Below are positions 53,600 to 64,000 of a DNA stretch of 64,000 bases, in pieces. Origin of the DNA: the human T2T-CHM13v2.0 reference genome, Homo sapiens. Every line of letters begins with the position of its first letter. The first letter of the stretch is position 1. The stretch lies in NCBI RefSeq assembly GCF_009914755.1, contig NC_060934.1, one strand, 5' to 3'. The translations under genes were made by a program, and so were the position numbers. Under the pieces are notes generated by a model. The model did no database searches. It worked only from the letters and a program-made list of their open reading frames with translations, and was not told the origin of the DNA.

Positions 53600-54910
53600 T
53601 CTGAAATTCTTGTTGTCTGGGAAGAAATTAAAATATTAACTTTACACTTTTTAAAGTCTAGTATGCACATTGAAATGTAATGGTAGCTAATAAAAATAAC
53701 AGGAATAGAATGTGTAATTCTAAACCAACAGAGAGCAAGGGAGGAGGATGAATTAAACCTGCATAAATACAATGACAAGTAAAAAAGAAGAAATAAAGAA
53801 AGAAAAGGTACAATAAATTCAAGACGAAAGATAGAATGACAAAATAGGCCCAAATATATAAACATTTACAATAAAGTTAGTGATTGTTTCTAGAGAAAAA
53901 CAACTTTTTCCAAATTAGATTTTAAAATCTAATTATATTACATTTACAAGATGACCTAAACCTAAAGCCTAGAATGAAAGAGAAGTATATTTACATCAAA
54001 ATTATTAATAAATAAAGCAATACTCATATTAGGCACAATATATTTTTAAGCCTGAAAGCAAGGAATAAAAAGGATAATTACTCAAAAGAAAAAGAAAATA
54101 TTGATTAGGAAGGCAAAATAGTAAAATAATGTGTATTATTTCTCCAAACCAAAAAACATAGCATCAAATAGGTAAAATGGAATCTGATCAAATTTGGCCA
54201 AATTCGCACAGGGATTGATAAACCTGTAATACGCTGGGAGATCCTCATGGACCTCTGTCATAATTGTTGAGCTAAATTAACTGAATAAGTTTAATCTAAT
54301 AGCTATACAGAGAGAGTGCTGCATCAAACCAGGAAACAGTCACGATTTTCGACCACTTGGAAAATGTATAATGATAGAACTCTCTGCAAATACCAATGCA
54401 TCATTATCATATAGACCATATTTTCTGACCACAATGGAATAAAATTAGATATCAATAGGTAGAAGGCAAAAAAGCCCTAAACAAACATCAAAACAACAAC
54501 AAAACATAGCAAACTAAAAAGACTCCTTTAAAAATTTTATGGGTCCAAATAAGTTATTATGAATATTACCAAAGATTTAGAATTTTGTAGTAATATAAGT
54601 ATTGCCTATCAAAAGCCATGGAGTAGAGCTAGAGCCATACTTAGGGGAATACCAGTAGCTTTAAGTGTATATATTGTTATTTAAAAAAGTTAACACAAGA
54701 AAAATGGAATAATCCCAAAATAAGAAAAAAATAAATAATTAAAAGAAAACGTTAATGAAGTTGTGTGTATTACACACACAATTACACACACACCACATAT
54801 ACATTTAAATCAAAAGCTAGGTTTTGAAAAGATAGGTTGTAGAATGGTACATTCTACCAACAAGCTTAATGAAGCAAGGAGAGAAAGCACAGATCACCAA
54901 TATTAGAAGG
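53600..54910 (+). mobile_element. Ancient L1 remnant (inter-ORF/EN region)
   Basis: ttttctgaccacaatggaataaaattagat (SDHN motif) in degenerate A-rich sequence. Confidence 0.65.
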
Positions 54911-55246
54911 AGAGAAGGAGGAGGAGTGTTGAGGTTGGAACAGGCTGGGGAAGGTCAGATTTTGATTAACTTGTACAGTGTGTCAAAGATTTGGGGCTTC
55001 ATTTCAGAGCAGTGGGAAACCTCGAAAGTTTTTAAGTAGATAGTAAATATATGGATGGGGGAGGGGATGGTGGATTGGGAAGGAGTGAGTTGGACTAGGT
55101 AGGAGACACCAGTTACAGAGAGGACTGCAGAAGCCCAAGCAAAAAATGATGGCGGTATTCATAAGGGAAGAAGCAGACAAAATGAAGACCTAGGAGACTC
55201 AACAGAGATGTGGATTGTAGAGCAAATGGGATTCAGTGTTTGAGAG

Positions 55247-56110
<864 letters not shown>

Positions 56111-56373
56111 AGATGGGATGCAGGGAACCCATGACTCCCAGGAAATTGGCCAAGTCCCTGAGAGGACAGTTGGTGGCATTCTCGGAGACAGGACCCTTGA
56201 GGAAAAACTCTAGAGCAAAGCAGAGGAACGGTGTCAGCATTTTGAAAATGCTGAGCTGAATGACACTGAGAAATGCCCAGTGCAATGATAAACGGGCAGA
56301 TAGTTTCTCAGGGGCCTGGGGCCTGGATGGGGGCTGGGCTGGAGTGAGAGAGAGGCAGGTCTCCAGCTGTGCT

Positions 56374-56532
56374 ATGCACACCTCAGGTTGAAGATGCTAC
56401 ATAGGTAAAAGCGCTGATGGTTCAGCATGATTAACAAGGTATTGGGGACTACATTTAGACTGAGGCTGGTATTTTGCATTGCAATGGACAAAAATATCGC
56501 TGTCACAGCTGACTTGGGGCTCATTCATTGCA
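56374..56532 (+). repeat. Spaced direct duplication B, copy 1
   Basis: Aligns to 57970-58120, with identical 33-nt and 31-nt blocks. Confidence 0.95.
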
Positions 56533-57260
56533 CATGCAGTGAAGGCAGCTGTGTGGCGGTGGGGCCACAGGGCAGGTAGCATGGATGGAGAGAGGATTCT
56601 GAATAACTTTGACTCTGCAGGTTTTTCATAAGGAAGGGCTGAACAAAAGCAGCCAAGGGGGCCAGAGAAAGAGAAAGTAGACAGTGTGAGATTAGAGGAG
56701 ATGGGCAAGTTCTAGTGAAGATGCAATGGCCCATAGTGTCACAGAAGACAAAGACTGCAAAGAGGCCCTTAGCGTCAGTGACCCAGAGGCCTGTGCTGAG
56801 GCCTGCGCTGACTTGTGGCTGGTAAAGTTTCAGTGGAGGTGGAGGCAGAGATTACTGTGGGCCAAGGAATGGGGGCAGGAGAGGAAACAGCTGGTGACAA
56901 TCTGTGGTCACATTTGCCTGTGAATGAGAGGAGAAAGGATGAGAGTAACTGTGGAGAGGTGTGAGGCTGAGGCAGGGTTTTACTTTTACTGGGAGAAGGA
57001 GCATATTGATGGTGATGAGATTGCGAAGGGTGGCAGATGGAGGTTACATACTGTCATGAGTGTGAGCGAGGGAGAGAAGACTGCAAGGGGCTTGCCCAGA
57101 GCCGGCAGTCAGGGATGGCTTAGCACGTTTGCTCACCAGCTGGGAGGCCTATAAATGTCATTTGGATGCCTTCCAGGGATTAGCCAGGGGACACAGATGG
57201 ATTTAGTAAGGATGATAACAGATAGTTCTCTTTTTAAGCAAGGTCACATGGAAGTGCATG

Positions 57261-57312
57261 GTGTGTGTGTGGTGTGCATGTGTGTGTGTGCTGTGCACGT
57301 GTGTGTGTGTGT
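57261..57312. repeat. Imperfect (TG)n
   Basis: Directly visible. Confidence 0.85.
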
Positions 57313-57969
57313 TAATAGCTACCAGAGCCCAGGTTTCAAACTGAAATCACTTGCAAAAGGGTGAATATGGCTGTGGGGGCTGGAATCAGAGAATGAAAGG
57401 CTAAACACTGGCCACGACCTTCAGTTCTGGCCTGTGAGCAATAAGAAGACATCATTAGCATAGTCTGACTTTCTCTTTTTTTATTTCTATCTGCGGTGAT
57501 TTCTCAACATGTCTTCCAATGGGCCGCTGTGAATTTCAGCATCAGTCACCAGCTTCTACTTGCACATGAAATGCATAGTCCCCACTCCCAGCTTTTCAGA
57601 GTGCCACACATCTGGAAGCAGCCTCCTGATGCTCCCAGCTCCTTTTGGGTTGTGGATTTGTTTATTTTGCATTTATAGTTTTGCCAAGTTTTTGGCAAAT
57701 TTTTTGTTGATTTACATTTAACTTTATCAGTCTGTTCAGGGTTTCCTTCCCTAGCTTGTTCTCAGATGTGGCCAAGCATCACTCTTCACCAGGAGGTGAG
57801 TGGTTCTCTCCTGGCTGTGGGAACGTGAGCAAGGTTGTGCTACCTCCCTTCACCCGAGGCTCACATCCTCTCCTGCAGTGTGGGATGTCTGGACAGTGGC
57901 TCTCCTCCCTCCAGAATCCCTCAGGGGGAGACAATAAAGGATGTGTGAAGATATTGTGCTTACAAAGCC

Positions 57970-58120
57970 ATGCACACATCAGGTTGAAGATGTTGTATAG
58001 GTAAAAGTGCTGATCATTCAGCTAAATGCAGCAGGACTGCATTTAGACTGCAGCTGGTATTTTGCATTGCAATGGACAAAAATATTGTGGTCACAGCTGA
58101 CTTGGGGCTCATTCATTGCA
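57970..58120 (+). repeat. Spaced direct duplication B, copy 2
   Basis: Aligns to 56374-56532. Confidence 0.95.
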
Positions 58121-58439
58121 TTGTATTTTGTATAAAAGTGTATGAGCCAGAGTGAAGCAGGATGCTGAGGTCCTGCCTTTCTGGGCATCTCTGGGAGGCA
58201 AACCACACTGTTGGGCTTCCAGGTGTCTGGGTAAGATTGTCCTGCAGCCTACCCCTCCATTCCAGGAAGCTTCCTAATGTTTGGTTTCCAGAAGAGACCA
58301 AAAGTCAACTGACTTTAGGAGCCCCAGCCCTGCTGCCTGCCCCACTGGAGCACTTAGCCAGATCTTGCATGTTTGTATTCCTCTGATAACATGTGGGAAT
58401 CTGGCAGTACTAACTGGAGCGCACACTCCATTAATTAAC

Positions 58440-58960
58440 TCAGCTCCTAGAAGGTGCCAGGGACTTTCCTAGGAGTTGGGGTGCAAAGATGGAGCAGATA
58501 TGGCTCCTGCCCTTGAATGGCTCATGGTTCAGTGGGGAGATGGTCCACAAAGCATTGGAATAAGCAACCTGAGAGAGGCATGTGCACAGTGCCATGGACA
58601 CACAGATGAAAGAGCAGTCGATTCTGAAACTGATGAGACAGAATGATGGCATGGGAAGGGAGCCAGGAAAGGCAGGCTGGGCCTGGAAGGATGATGAGAA
58701 GCTCATCATGTGGGGAAAAAATAGAGAAATGGCATTCCAGGTAAAGGTGAAAATGGGTAAAAATACAGACGTGGGACTAGGCACTGAGTGTGCAGAGAAG
58801 AGGTAGCATCCTATGAGATGGAGAAATGGAGGGATGGAGTGAGAGAGGCTGACAGAAATTAAAACCAAAGGGAGTGTTTGGTGCCCAGTTTGAAGAGAGC
58901 CTAATGGCCGAGTTCCCTCTTCAGCAGCGCAAGCTGTAGAAGGATTCTGAGCAGGGGAGT
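58440..58960 (-). mobile_element. L2 remnant
   Basis: ggctcctgcccttgaatggctcatggttcagtggggaga, typical of the antisense L2 3' region. Confidence 0.6.
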
Positions 58961-60114
58961 GACTGAGGGAAGGTGTGGATGCCAGAAAGTGAAACTGCGG
59001 GAAACAGAGTATGGCTGCAGGGCTCCTGGCTCACCTATTAGTGGGTGAGCTAACAGGGGCTGCAGGCACCATCACCATGGAGCTTCGTGAGGCCCTGCAT
59101 TTCTGAAAGCTGCTCTGTTCTGCATCTTTCTGGGAGAACTCAGCATGCCTGGGAGAGCCCTGTGAGAGGCCCTGCAGTTCAGGGATGCTGCGTCTCCTGG
59201 CTGGAAGCTGAGACTTCCCCAGAGCAGTGCGTTTTAGCAGGGAGTGGCCTGGGCTAGACACGAGGGGCAGTGGGGACTCGAGTAGCCAGGGGTTCTGGCC
59301 ATGCCCTCCTTAGCACCCCCAGGTGAGCGTGTGATTTAAGGAGAAGCATCTTCAGCTCATGGAAAGAATAAGGCTATCGCCTGTAAGACAGGAGCCAATT
59401 TCAAAGCTGCTTCCAAGTGCTGATTTCATCAGCTTCTCATAGAAGAGTGTTTGCTACAGACTCTTGTAACGAACTCAAATCAGCAGCAGCAGGGCAATCT
59501 CTTTTGGTGTGCACAAATTTTTCATAATTAAAGCAAGGCAAGGTCATGACCCTTTCCTGCCAAATGTTTCTTTTTGGATCCCTTCAGGCAGAAAGATCCT
59601 ACTGTCTTCTATTTATGGTACTTCTGAACAAACTCAAAATGAAACTAAAAACTGATGGCCCTAAAGGGGACCCCGAGATACCAGGTGGCCCCACATCACA
59701 GAGGGTAGATTCTGAGTAGGGTCGGTTAGTGGCAGTTATGCGGGAAGCTCTACATGTTTGAAAATCAGTGTTCTGTGGAAAGGCTCTGTGACAACCATGT
59801 GCTAACAAGAGTATCAGTCAGCCCAAGTGCCACCCAACAGAGGGTGGCATCACCCCATGTCCTCCCATGGCCCAGTGCTACCGTGGTAGGGGAATGGGGA
59901 TAAGTAACTGTTCTGTCATGAGACAGGTGATAACACGGACCTAGCTCCATTCTTAGTGAAGGAAAATTACCTTTCTATTTTTCCCATCAATATACACCAC
60001 AACAAACAGAAGACACTAAAGTAAAAGAACCATCAACACAAGTGACATGTCATAGCAGGAGCTGACACAGCCTCACCAGCCCATGCTCGGCCAGACTAGG
60101 TATGCTGCTGAGTC

Positions 60115-60430
60115 TGGGTTGGGAGGCGGGTGTGGGGGTAGCCTTGTGGGGAAGCGTGGGTGGGGGGCATGAGGGTGGCTGGGTGGGGAAGCATGGGTTG
60201 GTGGAGTGGGGTGGCCATGGGGGTGGCTGAGTAGGAAGGTGGGGGTAGCCAGATGGAAAAGCATGGGTGGGGGACGTGGGGGTGGCTGGGTGGGGAAGTG
60301 TGGGTGGGGAAGTGAGGTGGTAGCCGAGCGGGGAAGAGGGGTGGAGGGTGTGGGAGTGGCCGGGTGGGGAAGCTCGGGGGAAGGTGTGGGGGAGTGGGGG
60401 GTGGGGAAGGTGGCAGGACCCGGGGAGGGA
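60115..60430. repeat. G-rich degenerate minisatellite (G-quadruplex-prone)
   Basis: Recurring gggtggctgggtggggaagc-like units with many G3-G6 runs. Confidence 0.85.
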
Positions 60431-61931
60431 GCGAGCCCCCCCTGAGCTGAGCTGCCGCTCCCGACTCTGTGGAGCATGACAAGCTTTACTTGTGCGGAAG
60501 TGCTTTGAGTAAATTAAGTCCCAGTTAATCAAGAAGGTTCTGCTTGAATTATGGTGCCTTTGGAGGCACTTTCTTTAGGAAAGGACGCTGATTCTCTTTT
60601 TTCACCAGTCAGCATGATTTGGGCCCCGAGGTTCCCGGCAAGGGTGACAGCTTGTCCCCACTCCTGTCTGACAGGGAGCATCGGCCGCTTGTTCCATCCT
60701 GTGCTTGTCTGCCTGCCTCTCTGTCATGAGACGCATTCGAAGAGTCCTGGGCCCAAAAGCAACTCACAGTCCAGGAAGACGTCCAGGCCTTGGGTGACGC
60801 TCAGTCTCAGTAAATGGCCCTGGCTGGCAGGTGGTGGTGGGAGGGACCCAGGTTGGTCCCTGTGGCTGCCTTTGTGCTCCCTAAATCCCCTTGTCTAGGG
60901 TCAGCCTAGGGTCTGGCATGGGGCAGAGACAGGAGTGCCCTCATCTGCCAGGGAAATGCTCACTGGGGGAGGGAGCAGCCGGCCCCCCAGGCCACACTCC
61001 ATGCCCCACCCTCTAAGCTGCAGAGTGCATGTACATCAATGGAACACAGAGGGAGGGTCCCAGGCTCCTGTCCACACTAAAATGCCCCTGGACCCCAACC
61101 CTTAACAGACGAGATCCTGTCTCATTAGAAAGCACATGTGACTTCTCTAGCAGCTCATTCCCACTTCCTTTGTCTTCAGTAAAGACGGAGAATGGTGGCC
61201 TCCTCCACAGGAATGGTGCTCATCATTAGCCATGACAAGCTTCAATGTTCAAAATGCCTTTGCAAAAGAAATACTGGACAAATTACACAGGGTTTCCAGC
61301 CACACACATTTGCTTCTCTATTTGTCTCAACATCTTGGCTCCTTCCTTAGAGATAAGCGTAGGAAACCCAGAGAGACACATAAATTATCTGGCTCTTTTA
61401 TTACTCTGGTTCTCATAATAGGCTACATTGTGTGACCCGACCATATCTTTTCTAGGAAATTTATGTTGTGGCAGTAATAATTCCTCCTAACAGAAACAGC
61501 CCATAACAGGGTAGGTTTATTAGGAGAGTATTTATGGCTAATCAAGCTGCCACAGACACTCCTGGGGTGCCAGGGAGCAGATCCTGTGGGGCATGGTGGG
61601 CACTGGAGATAGCACATGTTTCTGAGGGCAGGAGACCCTCAACCCCCAGCAGCGTTGAAACAACAGGGTGAGACACTTCCCTTCTCTTGACCAAACTTTT
61701 GTCAGCTGGAAAGTGGACAGGTTGAATTAGGTGAACTTCATGCCCTGTGATTGTGAATCTGAGGGTGGAGGCCAGGCTGTGTGCACAGGGATGTGACATG
61801 GGTGAAGGATACCAGCACTCTGAGGCCTTAGCCCCCACCCACCAGTCGTGAAGGTGACAGATAGTTTAACCTAGTCCAGGAGACAAATCGGAAAGTCAAA
61901 GTAAGTTAGACGACCCAAAGCATCATGTTCA

Positions 61932-61970
61932 GTGTGTGTGTGTGTGTGTGTGTGTGTTTGTGTGTGTGTG
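61932..61970. repeat. (TG)n microsatellite
   Basis: Directly visible, with one interruption. Confidence 0.95.
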
Positions 61971-63269
61971 CTCCCAGTGTCTGTCCCTGACCCACACTGA
62001 GAAAGCCATTAGGGAAAAACACACTAAGTGACCTAACAGGAGGCCATCTGTGAGCCAGAAAGTGCCCGTCATTCATCACCTCCTCTAAGTGTGTCTGCTT
62101 CCACTCTGGGGAGACTAACGACAGTCTTCCCACTCAGGGATCCTGTCCATCTCCCAGCCACAAATCCCTAGACAAATACAGCTGGGAAGAAATTATTCTC
62201 ACAGTCAGCAGTGACACATCCATCTTGAAAACCATTTTAGCTTGGTTCTGCCCTCCCCCTTGCTGAGGTGCTGGGTCAGTCTGGACCCCAGGGAAGTCAA
62301 CTCCAACTAACCTGGCCCTCCCCACCCCCTCATGTACCGGGAGAAGGAACTGCAGCCCTTGCTTTCTCAGTAGGTCGCCGCCTATGTCCAGTGACGTTCT
62401 GACTCCCCAGAGGAGACGGGGCTCATGCTGTCCCACCAGTTAGGAGCAGACAGGATTAAATGTGTGGCCATTTCAACCAAATCACAAATGGCGACTTACC
62501 TTTGGTCAGTAATGGCTTCACCACCATCACTGCAAAGATGCAGGCTTTGTACCACCCACGGGAAGGTTGTTCTAGGTGACTGTGGAATTATTTAAGATAC
62601 AGTTCTGGCCCTGAAGGGGTTTGCTGCTGGAAACTTCCTGTTTGAGAGAAAAATATTGATAGAATTATTTATAGCTGTCAGTTCTAGGAGGTGCTCCTTG
62701 ACTGGGTGAGAATAAGGATTGACGGGGACTGCATGGCAGGCTTGGCTATACTTGGCGGTCTGATACTGGTTCCCACTGTGTGATCTCTCTATTCTTATGT
62801 CCCTAATAGGAAGACAGCAAATTACTTTACCCTACAATTAAAGGATCAGACAGCCATTTGGAACAGTTGTGCTTACACTGACCACTACCAGCAGCCCAAT
62901 CGCTCCTTTCATCAGAATGCACAGCTGGCCTTGTGCCACCAAGATCCCCTGCGGACAAGACCAGAAGTAAATCCCAATGTGTTTTCTCATAATTTTTTAA
63001 TAACACTTTGAGGAGTAGAGTTAGATGTGCTTTTGAAAAAGAGTCTGTAGACACTTGAGAGGGTAATAAATGACATCCAGCCCTGCCCAGTAAATCTAGG
63101 GCAAAATCTCTCCGTAGGAAGTAAAAGTACAGGTGACCACACCCCAAGGAACTGGGTGATTGGAGCCTTTGTGTAGCACTGGGTGCTCCAAGGTTTTATG
63201 CATTCCAATCTGGTCCCTGTAACTAATGGTGATAATAACGGCAATATCGTTAGGTAGTTATCAGTTATC

Positions 63270-63470
63270 AAACCTATCAGATATTGTGCTAAACGCTTTA
63301 TGCATGGGACCTACTTCAACACTTCCAACAACTCTATAAACAGATGCGAATTTCTCTAGACAGGCTCAGAGAAGTTCAGCCAGTTACTTGAGATGAAGCA
63401 CCAGCAAGCCTCAGAACTGAGATCTGAATCCGCTGCTGAGTTCTGCGCTGTCTAGTATTCCACATCCGCC
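63270..63470 (-). mobile_element. MIR SINE
   Basis: ttgtgctaaacgctttatgcat...aggctcagagaagtt...gatctgaatcc. Confidence 0.65.
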
Positions 63471-63563
63471 TGTTCAGTCCCACGCCCTCGAGGAGCGGGG
63501 TTCTCTAAGGCCAGGTTTCTAAATGCTGAGGTCTGCCTCTTCCTTCATCTTCCCGTTTAACCA

Positions 63564-63665
63564 CATCATTTGTATCCAAAATCCCAGCATCACCCAGTAT
63601 GCCCATTTAACATACCTGCACACGTACTCCCTGCCTCTAAAATAAAAGTTGAAATTATATAAAAA
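63564..63665 (+). mobile_element. Short L1PA (PA15-17-like) 3' end
   Basis: cccatttaacatacctgcacacgtactccctgcctctaaaataaaagttgaaa. Confidence 0.7.
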
Positions 63666-64000
63666 TTTTAATACATATATTAAATTTTAAAAAAATAGTT
63701 TGGAAACCCCTGCATAAAATTGATAACTTGAAAGGGAACAATTTCAAGTAAAATTCTGAACTAGTAAAACAAAAAGGAAGAAATGAGGGATAGCAAGAAA
63801 ATGTTCTTGTCTCCAACAATAAAAAAAAAATCATATGAAAGAAAACTAATAAAGGCTTGGAACACGGATTCAAACTACTTATGTGGCCAGGGGGAAAACG
63901 ATTAAAAATTTAAAGTAGACCTGGACAATAAGGGCCCAAGATACCTTGCAGAAACTAAGATAAATTTTCTTTGGGAAATTACCTCACAACGAAGACCTCA

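Noticed and set aside
60050-60532. Pro/His-rich ORFs in three frames
   Set aside because: Artefact of the G-rich repeat lacking stop codons.

Overview
This is simian-primate genomic DNA (AluS/FRAM, L1PA and THE1 are present), repeat-rich and most likely intergenic. No host protein-coding exon is recognisable, and every meaningful ORF belongs to a decayed retroelement. The main elements are a full-length but frameshifted L1PA (~31.6-37.7 kb, minus) abutting a 5'-truncated Alu, an ancient ERV-L proviral remnant with RT/RNase H/dUTPase traces (~13.9-16.6 kb), about a dozen solo LTRs, old L1M/L2/MIR fragments, DNA-transposon MITEs, microsatellites and a G-rich minisatellite. Hand reading also found a 36-nt tailless U2 snRNA retrocopy with TSDs, two or three short non-tandem duplications each spaced ~1.4-1.6 kb, a 38-nt L1 insertion with a perfect 15-bp TSD, palindromic candidate TF elements, and a candidate 15-nt minus-strand microexon. 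I see no convincing novel biological system; the spaced duplications are the least-explained structure. Repeat subfamily names come from memory of consensus sequences, and old-repeat boundaries are approximate.
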